A stretch of 64,000 nt of DNA from Phaeosaccion multiseriatum (lineage: Eukaryota; Protista; Ochrophyta, other classes), in assembly GCA_965112735.1 (NCBI GenBank), contig OZ218951.1, positions 806,001 to 870,000 of the forward strand, in the 5' to 3' direction. The notes under the pieces were generated by a model, which saw nothing but the letters and a program-made list of their open reading frames with translations, made no database searches and was not told where the DNA came from. Position numbers and translations under genes: made by a program. Of this stretch, positions 40,038 through 55,300 are shown piece by piece (the stretch's first letter is position 1; the number at the start of each line of letters is the position of its first letter).

Positions 40038-40662
40038 AAGGTTGTCAGAAGAAGTCAATGAATTAGAGGCATACGGGCGAGGCTTAACGGATTCTCAGGC
40101 ACTTGAACACGATAGCAGAGGGGGAGGCCAGCGCGACATTGCTGGGGACACCAGTACATCAGTCCCATTCTTTCCTATCTGATCAGTAGCAGCTGCGGTT
40201 GCTGTTCCTCTTCGTCCGTAGTTGAGTGAGAAAAGTTGGCAGTGGCGTGGGGTATCTCCCGCCGGCCAGAGATTAGATTTTGAGGTGGGAGTGAGGCTTA
40301 TCTTCCCACTTCCAGGACCCGGTGAGGCTTTAAGAGAGTCACAGGGGAAGCCATTCAGGCTATAGGCTTTGGTCGAGCCTTATTGGCTGCTGCTGTCTAC
40401 CTTAAGACCGATTCAGGAGCCCCCCAACAATAGTGGCGAGGAGGGAGGGAATAGCATGGCGCGGATCCACAGACAGGTGAGTCAGGCAAGCTGTGCTGTC
40501 TGGCCTGACAAGGTGGTTCAGCGACCTACGTTGGGTAAGAAGTGGCCGACTTAACGAGAGCTCATTCGCGTCCCCCAACCCATTCTAAACATATCCACCC
40601 TCCACCCCTGTTCACTGCCGTAGTGCATCTGCTAAAGCGGACAGATCCAGTGCTATAGAGCG
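40038..40662 (+). promoter_or_regulatory. Putative promoter/5'UTR of gene B, duplicated upstream of gene A
   Basis: Positional inference. Contains a consensus donor CAG|GTGAGT at 40476/40477, suggesting a 5' intron. Confidence 0.45.
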
Positions 40663-43600
40663 ATGGCGCCCCGCATGCAGCCATTCTCATCATGGGGGTG
40701 GGTAGCGGTGCTGCTGTACTTGCTCTCCATCGCAGCGGCAAGCCCTGGTGGGCCGCCATCACCAGCACCGTCCACAGCAAACCCGACGGCAGCACCTACA
40801 GCAGCACCCACAGTCACTCCTACTACTACACCTACTATTGCACCCACTTTCGCACCCACAGTCACTCCTACTATTGCACCCACTATCGCACCCACTTTCG
40901 CACCCACTGTCGCACCCACCACGGCGCCCACGCTAGCCCCCACCGTGGCCCCGACGCAAGCACCAGTGGCTCCAGTGGACCCCGGCGAGCCCACAGACCT
41001 CAGCGTCACGGCCCTGACCACCTCGGGTGCAATGATCGAGTGGACAGCGCCGTCAGAGACAGGGGCCGTAAATGGGGTGAGTAGTAGCATAGATGCCTAC
41101 CGCGTCTACCTCGACGGGGCGCTGCAGGGAAGCACGACAGCGGCGTCCACGTCCTTCTCCTTTAGCGGGCTGGACGAGTACCAGAGTTACGCCTTCTCGG
41201 TGGTCACGCTAAGCAGCGACGGCGCGGAGTCCTCGGCCGGGGAGGCCTCCTTCACCACGGGGGCCACAGGGGCGCTGTCTCTGGCCGTGTACGACAGTAG
41301 CTTCGGCTCGACCGTCAACCACGACACCGACGGGCTGCAAATCGACACGCTCTACGGCGTTCGGGTCGCTTGGAGCGGCTCCGACCACCTGGCCTTCGAT
41401 GCAGACGTGGCGCTCAGTGGCAGCGGGAGCTTTGACTGCTTCCTAGGGGACTCGGCGATGACTGCGTCCAATGCCGCTGCGAGCTACAGCTCCTCCTCCC
41501 TCTCTCTGGCCTTTGCAGAGGGAAGTGACGACACGGCAGACGCCTATGTGCTCTGCACGGCAGCGTACGCCTCAGGGCCCGTCCTGACGGTTACAGAATC
41601 TTCAAGCTCGGGCAATGATGTATCCGGTGGGGCGCTGACGAGCCTCCTCGTGTATGGTACGTACGGCACGGGTGGGTGGGTGGGTGGGTGGGTGTGCTTG
41701 TGTGTGGAGGGGGGCAAACCTATCGGCGCGGGCCTCTCTCCTCTAGAAGCCGTAGTGACGTGCGTGCTCTCTCTCCCTATGTCTCGAATCTCTCATCCCT
41801 CCCTCTCTCTTCCTCTGTCGCCAATCTCTCTCTCTTCCTCCCTCATCTCTCTGTCTCGTCTCCATTCATCGTCCTCTTACGATGCCTCTCGCTCTGCTCA
41901 GACGTCCCGGACACGTCGGGCGTGACCTTGAGTCTCACCGACACATCGACTAGCTCCATCACTGTGTCCTTCCCCCAGGTAGACGACAGCAACTCGGCCA
42001 TTACGCTGTACGAGGTCAGCTGCACCGATGGCGCCTCCAGCACGCAGAGCTCCACATCCACAGACGCGTCGTCGTCTTCTGTGAGCCTCTCGGTGGAGGG
42101 GCTGTCTCAGGCCACCTCCTACACGTGTTCGCTGACCGCGACCAACGCAGCGGGGTCGACCGTAGCCAGCTCCACCGTCACGAGCACGACGGGAGTCGAG
42201 GTGAGTAAGAGAGAGAGAGAGAGAGAGAGAGAGAATGCGTGTCGTCTGGCCAGTCGCACAGCCACTGTAGGCCCTCGGCCCCAAGCTCCGAGGCCCCTCC
42301 TCCTCCCTTTCCTCGCCTTCTCCTCGACGCTTACATACGTACGGGGGTCACCTATATGTACCACCACTCTCTTTACATCACAGGCGGCGCTTTCCGTCCG
42401 CTTCGCGACGGGAGAGGCCTTCCCCTTCGGGCTGAGCAGCGATGGCGTGCAGATGGGCCAGGAGTATGCGCTCTCGCTTGAGGTGGACACGGCTCTCGTG
42501 GGCAGTGCCACCTCTGTGGACGTGTCTATGGAAGGGGTAGGAGGGGGCGACCCGGCCTGCCTCCTTGCCAACCAGGGAGCCAGCAGCAGGTACGGAGGCA
42601 TATTGGCAAGCACAAAGGAGGAAGGAGAAGAGAAGCGTCTCCTGGAGAGAGGGTAGAGAGGATGCGTGTATGCGTGAGGAAGGGAGGGAGGGAGGGACTA
42701 GGAAGGAAGGAAGGAAGGAAGGAAAGGAGGGAGGGAGCCGGGGAGCGAGTCTGTGAGTAAGTGGGTGGGTGACTGAGCGCGTGAGTGAGCGAGCTGGGGA
42801 GAACAAAGTCCCAAGACCTACGTGTCCTTCTTGCTGGCTCTGTGACTGAATGTTCCAACCAACCGCTCCCCCCCCCCCCTCCCCTCCCTCCCTTGCTCAG
42901 CGCCACCTCTGCCTACGCCGAGACGGTGACCATGACCTTCGCGGACGGGGCCACGTCCAGCACGGAGCCGCTGTTCCTGCTGTGCTCGACCACCGCGCTG
43001 AGCAGCTCTTCCTCCTCGGCAGGCACCTTCCTGTCGGCAGAACAGAGCGGGGACTCCAGCAAGAACGACCTCACAGCATTCGCCTCGGACGCGCTGTGGG
43101 TGTACGACGTGCCGGAAACCATCACTGGCCTGTCCGCGGCTTCTCCGAGCTCCTTGCTGGGCGCCGCGGACCTCTCCTGGACCGTTCCGGAGGACAGCGG
43201 TTCCGCCGTGGAGGGCTACATGATCTACTACTACAACGCGGACGTGTCCGACGTGGGAAGCGTGGCGACCAACCTCACCTCCTCCTCCAGCTACTCCACG
43301 AGCGCCACGGGGTCGGGGGCGGTGGTGGTGAGCTTCCAGGTGGACGGCCTCCGCACGGGTGACACGTACTCCTTCTCCGTGCGGGCCCGGAACGCTGCGG
43401 GCTGGGGCGCCTACTCGAGCGAGGAGGAGGCAGTGATCATCCCGGGGACATTCGCCACTACCCCCGTCGTCGCGCTGGAGACGGTGAGAGGGAGGGAGGG
43501 AGGAGGGGAGCAAGAGAGTGAGCCGGAGGAACCCCTGTCTGTCGAGGTTCCTTTCAATTTTGTCACACAGAAAGAAGCACTACTCACTCAAGATCCCCTT

Positions 43601-46330
43601 CCCTTTCTACCCTTGGCATCGCCTCTCCCCTCCCTTCCTCGCCACCGTCCGTCCTCGCTTCGCCGCTCTGCACGTCACCCACGCTCAGAACATGGCCACG
43701 GGTAAGGGCTATTGCAACGTGACCTTCGAAGGGACGGGCGACATCGAGGCCGGAGGGGCTTTCGTGCTGCGCTTTCCCAGTAGCTTTGGGCAGTTCACCG
43801 GCAATGAGAAGGGAGTCGTCTTCGCGTCCTACCCGGAGGGGAGCGGGGCCTCGAACTGGGACTGCTCCTTCTCCTCCTCGAGCTCTGTGCGCGTGAGCTG
43901 CGCAACTGCTTCGGCCATTCCCGCGGGCACGGAGGTTCAGCTGCAGCTGGAGACTCTTACCAACCCCTCCTTCACTGTGGAGGTAAGCAGGGCTGAGCGG
44001 GTGGGGAGGGGAGGACAAGGGTGGGGCATGGGTAGTCAAGAGAGGGGGGCGTGTGTGTGGTAGGTATGCTCCAACACATGCAAGAGATAGAGAGAGAGAG
44101 AGCCGCTGGGAGGGCTAGCGGACTGTCTTCACTCGGCTCTCTTCTCTCCACTCTGATGCCCTGCCTGCCCTACCCCTTTCCTTTCCGTTACCTCCTCCCT
44201 TGCCAAACTCATTGACTTGTTGACGCTCGTCAGACGACCACGGCGGGATTTGAGCTGTTCGGTACAGAAGACGCGTCGGGCTACCCCATCGACGAGCTTT
44301 CCTCCACCTACAACAGCCGCTTGCCCGGCCTCGTCATCACGCCTGCCCTCAGCCTGGAGAGCGTCACAGCGAATGCGGCCCTGCTGGACACCGCCGGAGG
44401 GGACACGGTAAGATTTCTTGGGGGATTGGGTTGACCTTGTTGGGTCCCTCGTGAGGGAGAAGCCAAGAGGTAGAGGGAGAGACAGCGAGGGAGACAGAGG
44501 TGGAGACAGATGGAGACAGAGAGAGAGAAGGTTTTGCCGTCTCTCTACATCGCATTGCAGGTCCTTTGCGCCTGCCTTCTCACCCGAAGTCGCGCTGTTA
44601 CCCCCAACCTCTCTGCCTTTGTCCACTCAGATCTCCATCACGGGCTACTGGCTCGGTGATGCACAGGACGACCCCATCGTGTACTACCAGGCAGACGGGG
44701 CGCCGTACAGCCTGCTCGCGACGGACTGCAGGATTACAGACGCGGCCACGAGCAGCAGCAGCGATGTGGGCACCATCGAGTGTACCTCCGTGCCCGGAGC
44801 GGGAGTCAACCTCGCCTTCAACGTGTCCACGCAGGGAGGGGTGCAGACGCTCATCGCCTCCTCTCTGTCCTACGAGCCGCCCGTGATACACAGCCTCAGT
44901 CCGAAGGAAGGCCTCGATACGGCGGGGGGTGAGGAAGTGACCATCACAGGCAACTACTTTGGCCCCTCGGAGGCCTACCTAGACGCAGCCAGTTATGGCG
45001 ATGGAGCGGAGTACTCCTTCGGCAGCTGCACCCATGTATCCGACAGCGAGCTGCGGTGCTCCACAGCAGAGGGCACGGGCGCTGACCATGCAGTCACAGT
45101 CACCGTCGCGGGCCAGAGCAGCAGCTGTGACAGCTCCACCAGCAGCACCAGCGACGGGACAGGCTGCCAGCTTACCTACCTCGCTCCTACCCTCGACAGC
45201 CTGGGGAGCAACGCTGCTGCCCTGGACACTGAGGGCGGGACCATCACCCTCACAGGAACCTCGCTCGGCTCGACGGCCTCCGGGGCCAGCGTGACTGCAC
45301 ACTTCCAGAACAGCGACGGCGTAGACGCATACTCCGGCCTGCTCTTCGACGCGCCCTGCTCAGTGTCCGTCTCGCACTCAGAGGCCGTCTGCGCCTACCC
45401 CGCTGGGGTGGGGAAGGAGCATTACTGGTACATCACGGTGGACGGGCAGGATTCGGCTGTGCTGGCGAGTGCGTATTCGAGTTACGAGCCCCCTTCCGTC
45501 GCCTCCTTCGCCTCCCCTGCGTCCATCGCGACGGACGGGAGCGACACGGTGGTGGTTGTGGGTGACTCCTTTGGCCCCGCAGACGCGAGCAACGCCGTTG
45601 TGGCCTACTACAAGGCCGGGGAGGGCCTCACGGGCATCGCCAGCGACCTTCACGAGGTGAGTGGGGAATGGAGGGGAGGGAGGGGAGATAGGGAGTTGGG
45701 GGGAGGGGACTTGTAGTGTCTTACGTTGAACGACGATACACTCACTGCGGTGCATTGTACACCCGCCACCCCGGGGCGGAGAGGAGCGTGTGCGTCACTT
45801 GCCGTGTGAAGCATGCTTGGAGCGGCAAAGAGGGCCCGCAAGCAGGAGAGAGATGAACGCTGTCTCTGTGTGTGTGTGGATCTACGGATGCTTACACCCC
45901 TTTCTCCTCTCTTTCTCTCCCTCTCTCCCTCTCCCTCTCTCCCTCTCCCTCCCTCTCTCTCCACCTGCCTGCCCCGCCACCCTTCGCTGTCGGCCCTCCC
46001 TCCCCTCCCTCTCCCCCTTCAGGTGGCGTGCACGGTTTCATCGGACTCCGAGCTGGCATGCGCCACAGAGGCCGGAGTGGGCCACGGCCTGCTTTGGATG
46101 GTCACCGTGGGAGGGCAGAACAGGTCAGAGACAATACGGGCGGAGAGGCTTGCATATGAGAATATGCAAATGTACCCATACAGACATGCATCAGCGCTGT
46201 GCTTCCCCTCCCCTTCCCTCCCATCCATGCCCAACTAACCAACCGACCTCTTGACTCTTCACACTTCACCCTTCACCCTTGATCTTACGCGCTTCACAGC
46301 TCCATCAGCACGGCCTCCATCAGCTACACC
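40038..46330. repeat. Right arm of a ~6.3 kb inverted repeat
   Basis: Begins AAGGTTGTCAGAAGAAGTC at 40038. Matches the left arm including introns and upstream DNA. Near identity ends after CAGCTACACC at 46330. Confidence 0.97.
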
Positions 46331-49300
46331 GCTCCGACACTTCACACACTCGATATCAGCACATTGGACACGGCGGGAGGGGAGAGCGTCGTGCTCACAG
46401 GCTCCGACTTCGGCCCCCTCGGGGAGGAGAATGTGGTGTCCGTGAGCTTTCAGGTATGAAGCGGCATGAAGCGTGAGAATACGGTATATGAGGAGAGGGA
46501 GGGATGGAGGGATGAGAGGAGGCAGACGTCTCATGTTTCGTACTTTCTCCCTCAAGCTCTGTCTCTCCCTCTCTCTCGCCGTTCTTTCCCTATCTCTCCC
46601 CCTCGTATCTCTGTCTCCGCTCACTTCCTCCCCCTCTCTCTCCCTCTCCCTGCTCCCTCTCCTCCTCTCAGAACTCTGCCCTCGATGGGTTGGCTGGCGA
46701 CACTCTCTACGCCACGGATTGCTCCGTCACCACCGCGCACACCACCATCACGTGCGTAACTCCCGAGGGATGCGGCCACAGCCAGGAGTGGAGCGTCGAG
46801 GTGGGGGAGCAGCAGGAGACAGGCAGCGGAGTTTACACCTCCTACAGTGCTCCTGCACTGAGCGCTATTGCAGGAACGCTCACCCATGCCACAGGAGGGG
46901 GCAGTGAGGTGAGTGAGTTGTAATCCAAGTCATACAGGGAGGGAGGGTGGGTTAGGGTGGGGGGGGTGCCCGGTTGTGGAGTGGTGTTGTCGCGCTCTCG
47001 CTTCCTTGCTTACGTACACTTTTTCCTCAGGCATGTCACCCCCCTCACTCCTCTCACTCCTCTCACTCACTCACTCACTCACTCCCCCACCCACCCACCC
47101 ACGGACAAAGGTTACCCTGAGTGGCTCCTCCTTCGGCCCAGACACAAGCGATAACATCGTCCGAGCATATCTTCGCAGCTCCGCTTACAGCCACGAGTGG
47201 GAGGCGACATCGTGCGTTACGGATACAATCACTGATTCAGACTCGACAGATAATAGTGCCGTGATCATTGCGTGCACCGTGCCCGCGGGTGCAGGGACGG
47301 GGTTGGATTGGAGAGTTAGTGTCGGCGGACAGGAGTCGGTGAGTTGAAGCGGAGGAGAGAGGGAGGGAGGGAGGGAGGGAGGGGGGGAGGGAGGGAGGGA
47401 GGGAGGGAGGGAGGGAGGGAGGCGAGGAGATGGTGAGTGATGCTCTGCTGAATCGTCTCGTGTAAAGTCTCGGATTGAGAAGAGAAGGGAAGGAATGGGA
47501 AGGGGAGGGGAAAGAAGGCTGGAAACCCTCTCCCTCCTGCCATTGAGTCTATCTGTGCATCCTCAGTATTCCTCTAGTGTCATTGACCCTCTTCGCTGGC
47601 GTCTACTCTCCGTGCCCCCGTTCCTTTCCCCTTGTATATGGCACACGCACTGTTGTTCCTCTCTCCTCCACACAGACTTACTCGACCTTCACCACCGACT
47701 ACGAAGCACCAGGTAAGAAAGGCAGGCAGGTAGGCAGGCAGGCAGGCAGGGAGACTCGAAGGGAGGGAGGGGGGGGGGGAGGCAGGCAAGCAGGTAGCCC
47801 CCAGCCTAGTCTACTTGTATTTGGGTCTTGTTGCGTACCCATGCTCGCCTTGTTCCGTCCTCTTTTCTCCCCCGTTGGCCCTCCTCTTCCCGCCTCTTGT
47901 CTCTCACCCTTATGGACTCCCTCTATCTCTCTCGCCCCTCTCTGCTTCTTCTCGCTCCTCTCCTCCTCCTCTCGACCTCCCTCCCTCCCTCCTCCCCTCC
48001 TCCCCTCCTCCCCTGCGTCCTCTCTCTCCCTCCCTCCCTCCATCCCTCCATCCTCCCCTTTCCTTACAGTGATCACATCGATCATGCCTTCCCATGCCCG
48101 CCTAGCTACCTCCGGGGGCGAAGTCATCACCCTCAGCGGGTCCGGCATCGGCCCTGCTTCCCTCGTTGGTGACGTCATCCCTCTTTCTGTAACGTATCAA
48201 AACTCCGAGGGGGGCGAATCTCGCCTGTCGGCGTCTCTGTTTGAGGGGCAGTCGTGCCAAGTGTCCGATGATGATTCCGTGGTAACTTGTCTCAGTGCCC
48301 CCGGAGTGGGCACGGACCACGTATACACCCTCACGGTGAGCTGACTGAGGAAGGAAGGAAGGAAGCACGCAAGAAGGAAGAGGGCAGGATGGCAGTGGAC
48401 AGGATGGGGCAATGTGTCTGTCGTGTGCCCTGTCGCTCCGCGCTGCTTCCATTCTTACCGTTTCGCTCATGCCGCTCTTTGATCCGCTCTGCCTCCTTCA
48501 CTATACCCCTCCTCGCCAAGGTTGGGGGCCAAGCCAGTGACCCAAGTGCAGACACCACCTCCTACTCAGCCCCGAAGGTATGTACTCGACTACTCGATAT
48601 CGATATCAACATAGATCTCTTTAAGTGACACATAATCATGGCCTATCGTATTGGATGTAGTGTCTGATAAGCTGAATCTGAGAACTGAGCAACTGAGACT
48701 GAGACTTGAAACGAAAAGAACGTTACAACTCCCCCCCTCTCCTCCGCCAGATCGAATCCTTCAACGCGGAGGCCGTGTCGTCGCCAGGCATGAGTTCTCT
48801 CGGAGGAGAGGTCGTGAACATCACCGGGACAAGCTTTGGCCCTGCCCACTCGCTCAACATCGTCAACGCCACCTACCAGAGCTACCTCAGCGCTGACTCC
48901 TTTGTTGCGGACGGACAACGGCTCTTTGTACTGGACTCTGAGTCGGAGTCGGAGGGATTGGAGGGCTCCGAGAGGGGATGTACGGTTACTTCGGACACCT
49001 CCATGACTTGTCTCAATGCGGCGGGGTCGGGCGACTTTCTGCGCTGGCGAGTGGAGGTGGGTGTGTGCGTGTGTGTGTGCGTGTGTGCGTGTGTGCGTGT
49101 GTGTATGTGTGGGTGGGTGTTTGGGTATGCGTGTGTGTGTGTGTGGGTGGGTGTGCACGTGTGCGTGTGTGTGCGCGGGCGTGTGTGGATGTGTGGATGC
49201 TTGTGTGTGTGTGTGCGTGTGTGTGTGTCTGCATGGATCGACCGAAACTGGCTGCTCTGCTGTGCTGGGCCTATTTTCTCGTGAACAGCCTCTAAGCGAC

Positions 49301-52300
49301 GAAGACCTGCCCGTGTGGTGCCATCCAAGGTGCCCCCACTGAATCATATACTCATCGACTTACCCTCAACAATTAACCATTCATTGACATCCCGGGTCAA
49401 CAACACAACAGGTTGGCGAACAATGGAGCAACATCTCGGATGCCTACACCAACTACGCCCCTCCCACCATCCTCTCCTTCAGCAGTAACGCCCTCTCCAT
49501 CGCCGCTGGTGGGGATGGTGGCCTCAGCACAAGGGGAGGCGACATGGTGACCATTAACGGGGCTAACCTGGGGTCGTTGGGGGCAAGTGTAACAGCCCGT
49601 TACTGGAACAACGCATCGGATGCGGCCTTGGTGGCTGCCGGGATGGCAGTGGAAGACAGGGAGAGTCTGCTTCAGTACGCGGTGTACGAGGCGACGGATT
49701 GTGAGGTGACGGTAGAGCATGCGGAAGTGGAGTGCACAACAGTGGAAGGGGTGGGTGGGGATCACATGTGGATGCTTACTGTCGACGGCGTGGAGAGCTA
49801 CCCTTCCTACCTCTTTACGGGGGGGCAGAATACGACGTATCACCGGCCGGAGGTTCACAATGTTACTATCGCAGTTGGTGATACGACCGGGGATGGTGCC
49901 ACGCTGAGCACTGCAGGAGGCGACGTCGTGCATCTGACTGGGGAAATGTTTGGCCCTGCCGGCTCTGTTGACTTAAGGTATGTGGTGTGGAGGGAGGCAG
50001 AGGTAGAGAATGGAGAGAACAGAGCGAGAGACAAAGAGAAGAGGCGCATCTCCAAAGGGGTAGTGCTGTCCTCGCGCCGGCTGGTGCACATTCGTTGTGT
50101 GGAGGTATATGGTCATGGGACGATGAATGGGTCCTGCTTCTGCTACACTCCCACTTCTCCTCCCTCGTCCCTCTCTCTCTCCCTGCTGCTACTCCTTCTC
50201 CTCCGCCTGTCTCTAATCCCGTCCCATGTCCTTCGTCTTGTCCCATTCTACCCGAACCTACGTCGTTGTTGACTTACTCTCCCAACCTCCATGACCATGA
50301 CCACCACCACCACCACCATCACCACCACCACCACCACCACCACCACCACCACCACTACCATGACCATCACCACCACCTTCACCTTTTACCACCATCACTA
50401 CCAGCGGTATGAGCAACGTGGTCAGTGCCTCGTATCAAAATGCGGATGGTTCCTCAGGCCTGGGCAGTCAGGTGTACAGCGCTGTCAACTGCTCCGTCAC
50501 TGTCGCACACACAAGGATGGAGTGTGTCACCCTACCGGGTGTCGGGACGGAGATGGTGTGGCAGGCAGTGGTGGGGGGTTTGTCGAGCTCAGTCACAACC
50601 GGCGACAGCGACGATGACCAACTACTCACCACCAGCTATACAGCCCCCGTTATTACAGGTCTGACGGGCGACGAGTATGACTTTCTGTACCCTACAACAG
50701 GGGGTTCCCTCACCATCACGGGGACAAGTTTCGGTCCTGTGGATGGGTCTAACTATGTCAATGCCTACGGAAAGAACAAGAACTTACTCGGCCTTGCCTA
50801 CCAACGCATCCACTCGTGTGAAGTGACGGTCCAAGACACGATGTTGGAGTGTACGATTCGAACGGGTGTGGGGTACAACCACACTGTGAGCGTGAGGGTG
50901 GGTGGGCAGCAGTCGGACGATTTCACGGGGGGGCAGACCCTCTCCTATCAGCCGCCCACAGTTACGGCAGTTACAGCTGACAGCACCGACGGTCTCTTCG
51001 CTACGAGCGGATCCGTTGACTTGTTGCTGACAGGAACCAACTTGGGGCCCGACTTCCCCAGCGTAGATAACTTCATCACCGTCACCTTACACAACCCCGA
51101 CCTGTCCGAACTCGGCTTAGCTGGGCAAGCGCTCTCGTTTACCACCTGCGAGCACGAGGAGGCCCACACGGAGGTTAGATGCACGGGCATCGGAGGTGGG
51201 GTGGGCTACGGCCATCGATGGAGCGTGGAGGTGGGGGGGCAGGTGTCTGAATTCAGCACCGACGAAAGCAATGGCAATGGCACCACCTCCTTTCGGTACC
51301 CGTTGGTATCGGCCCTCACCAGTGGGGCTCTTCCCTCCGACGGCGGGGGGGTGGTGACGGTTTCAGGGAGTGACTTTGGGCCTGTAGATGGAGACAATGT
51401 CGTTTCAGCGACATTTAGCAACCCGAGTCTGGAGGGGTACGCCGGGAGCACTTTCGTTGCGGTGGGGTGTGCTGTGACGGTTGGTGATACGGAGATGGAG
51501 TGCGTGACGCCACCAGGGGTAGGGGTGGGTATGGCGTGGCAAGTCACCGTGGGAGGCCAGCAGCAGGTAAGGAGTAAGGCGGGGAGGGGCGGAGGGGAGG
51601 GGACGACAGGGAAGGCTGGGCGCGTTTTTGGCAAGTAGGCAGGGTTCCGTTTCCTTTTCTCTTTTGACGGAGCCCTCGCGCTTTCCCTCCCTCCCTCCCT
51701 CAGAGCGACTCCGTCGCAACGACCTCGTACGCCCCCCCCACCATCACGGGCCTGGACAGCCCGTCCTCAGGCCTGACCACAGAGGGAGGGGAGACTGTCA
51801 CCCTCACAGGTAAGGAAGACGTTGCGCCGACTGGCTGGGTCCTCTTTAGCTCTTGTAAGCCCTTGGGGCAACTTGCGGGCCCTTTTGCGCTTCTGTACAG
51901 GGAGGCCCATCGATCCACCCCTTGCGTTGGCTGGATGCTTGCTCTCCCTCCCTCTGGTTTGTCTCCCTCCCACCCTCCCTCTCCCACTTCCTCTCCCTGC
52001 TGCTCTCTCTCCTACTCTCTCTCTCTAGGCTGTCTGTCTCCCTCCCTCATTCCTCCCTCCCCTTCACTCTCCCTTTCTCCTCCCCCCCTCTTCCCCTCTC
52101 TCCCTCCCTCTCCCACCTCCCTCGCCCACCCTTCTCTCTCCTTCACACCCCCTCTTACTCTCTCTCCCTCCCTCCCCCTCCCCCCTCCCCCTCACAGGCA
52201 CAAACTTCGGCATGGTACGGGAAGACAACGTGGTCTCTGCCTCCTACTCCAATCCCTCCTTATCCAACTTGGCTGGCACGACCTTCTCAGCCGCGAGCTG

Positions 52301-55300
52301 TGTCGTCACCGCTAATCACACCGAGCTCCAGTGTGTGTCTGCAGAGGGAGTGGGTGAGTGTGTGTGTATGTGTGTACGCGTGTGGTTTTGTTTGTGTGTG
52401 TTTGTGTGATTGTGTGTGAAAGAGAGAGTTCCGTTACACCGCACAGCTCTCTCCGTCCATTGAATCCATACTCCTACTGAGGTCCTTTGCCCATCTCCGT
52501 CTCTCTTCCCTCTCCTTTTCTCTCCCTCTCTTTCTCCCTGTCTTTCCCTCTCTCTCTCTTTCTCTCTCTCCCTCCCTCCCTCGCTCCCTTCTCCATCCAC
52601 CTCTCTGCCACTCTGCCCCTCCCTCCTCTCGCCCCTACCCACCCCCCTCCCTCCGCGACCCCAACCATATATCACCAACTGTCAATAACCAAACAACCAA
52701 CAGGCTATGACCACGGCTGGACCCCTACTGTGGGAGGCCAGCAGTCGGTCTCCGCCTCCTCCCCCCCCCTCGTCACGTCCTACACCCCCCCTGCTATCAC
52801 TGGCTATGATGGCCTGGCAGAGCTCAGCACCCCCGGGGGAGACTTGTTCACTCTCACAGGCATCGACTTTGGACCCGTTACAGTCACAAACGACAACGAC
52901 GAAGAAGCATCAAACGTCGTGGACGTGCTGCTCGGCTCCAACACCGCCTTTGGACCCTTCAACGCGACCAAGTGTAATGTAACCGTGGCACACACGTCTC
53001 TCGAGTGCCTCTCGCCTGCCGGAGTGGCCGCCAACAACACTTTTAAGGCGAGGGTGGGGGGTCAGGTCGGAAGCGCATCAGGAGATGTCTCTGTCAACTA
53101 TATGGAACCTACCATCGACTCCGTGTCGCCGGACAACGCGCCTGTGGAGGGGGGGGTCGAGTTGGTGATACGCGGGGAGAACTTTGGCGACCCGAGCTTG
53201 GCCACGTTGAGCGTGGTGATTGGAGACGGTTCGACGTCATCCATCGGGTGCACGGTTACCAGTCACTCGCACTTCGAAGTTGTGTGCACCACCACGGCTG
53301 GTGACTCCGATGGTGACTCCACTGGCGTGGGGTCGGTAGGTATCGGCGTGCGAGTTGGGGGCCAGACCTCCTCGTCCTCCACCTTCCATGTCTATTCTAC
53401 GGATGGCGTGCTTCCCCTCACCGCTCCTCTGCGAGGGGGTACGTTGCTCTCCATCTATGGGCAGGGCTTCTTCGACTCGGAAACCATTAGCGTGCGTTTC
53501 GTGCCGATATCGACATTCTCCAACTCGACCACCTCGACTTCTTCCTCGATTCTCGGTGTCGATGATGTCGACTCTTACACAGAGCAAGTCGAGGGGTGGT
53601 ATGTGGAGAGTTGCGACTGCATTCAGCTGCGCTCTTTTGCAGTGGTGGATGCTGGAAACAGCAGTAGCAGCCTCAGTACTGAGTCACAGTCATTCGACTT
53701 GTATCTCAGTCTGAATGGTCAGACCTGGTACGTGCTGAGCAACGCCCCTACCCTTCTCCAGTACGCGCCTCCCTCCATCACGGCACTGTATCCAGTATCG
53801 GGACCTGTATCGGGCAACACGACCGTTACGGTGACTGGGAGCGGCTTTGTAGACACCGGTTACTCCCACTTGAGGTTTCCGGAGCACTTCACCCCGGGGG
53901 ATGAGGACAAGGCCTCACAGATGGAGATTAACACCACTTCGGAGGTAAGACCTTGCCTCCTAAGTCAGTGAGGATCAGTCAGCATGAAGCCCCTGATCAG
54001 TCACTCACGCACACGCTAACCCCACACTCCCCATCACTACTCCATCCATTGCCATCCATTCATCCAATCCATCCATCCACCCCCCCACCCACCCACTTAT
54101 CCATCCATCCATCCATTGCCATCCATGCATCCATCACCCATCCTTTCACCCATTTCACCCATCCGCCCACCCACCCACCCACTCATCCATCCATCCATCT
54201 ATTGCCATCCATCCATCCAATTCACCCATCCGCCCACTCATCCATCCATTCATCCATCCATCCATCGATGTATCCATCCTCTGCCATCCCTCCTACCCGC
54301 CCCCAGCTTTCCTTCCAAGACACGGGAAGCTGCTCCTTCGTCAACTCCACTCAGCTGACATGCGTCACGCCCGGGGCGGACAGAGAGGACTCCGAGCGGT
54401 CGTGGTTCTTCACTTCCCTGGAGAGAGTCAATCGGACCACTGAGTACCTTACATTGGAGGTGAGTGGGACAGACTGTCTGACAGATGTCTGACAGATGTC
54501 TGACAGATGTCTGACAGATGTCTGACAGATGTCTGACAGATGTCTGACAGAAGCATGTCTAGTGTCTTCTTGCGTCATGTTTGGCGATGCTCATAAACTG
54601 ACGAAGTGAATGACCCGAGTGGGCAAAGGAGCTGACCAAGATGACATGTGAAAGCCTTGTCTTGACTTTTGGGAACCAACCTAAGACTTACGTAGTCTTA
54701 CGTGTGTGTGATGGATGATGGATGTGTTGTGTAGCCTGTGTGACACCATCTGTTAAAGTCGCTATCGTATTTACTTTTCCAACCCTCCCTTCGTTGACAT
54801 GCATTAAAACCCTCCCTTCATTGACATACTTACAACAGGTCACACTGGACGACCCTGCCTACAACGACGCCCTCGTCTACACGAACGCGAGCGGGCTGCG
54901 TTTCCTCTACTTCGAGGACCCTGTTGTGAGTGCCAGTTCGCTGGCCGACAGCGGCACCTTCCGTTTCGCCGTACAGGTGAGTGAGCTGGTGGTAGAGACG
55001 GAGGGTGGCAGAGAGAGAGAGAGACACACACAGAGCGAGAGAGCAGAAGGGAGTACTGGCCTGAGCCACCACATACTGTTAACCCTCCCTCACCCTCCCT
55101 CACCATCCCTCTTCCTTCCTCCCCCTCCCCCCACCAGATCGACGGTTACTCTCTGACCACGTTCAACTACGCAGCTCAGCAGAGCTTCAAAGCAGCCGTG
55201 GTGGCGGAGCTCGTCTCTAACGGCATCGCAGCGACAGCGGATATGGTCATCATTGAGGCCATGGAGGTGTGTGTGTGTGTGTGTGCATGCGTGTGTGTGT

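Noticed and set aside
50290-50400. Poly-His / poly-Thr ORF
   Set aside because: A (CAC)n tract inside intron 49978-50404, not coding in the traced model.
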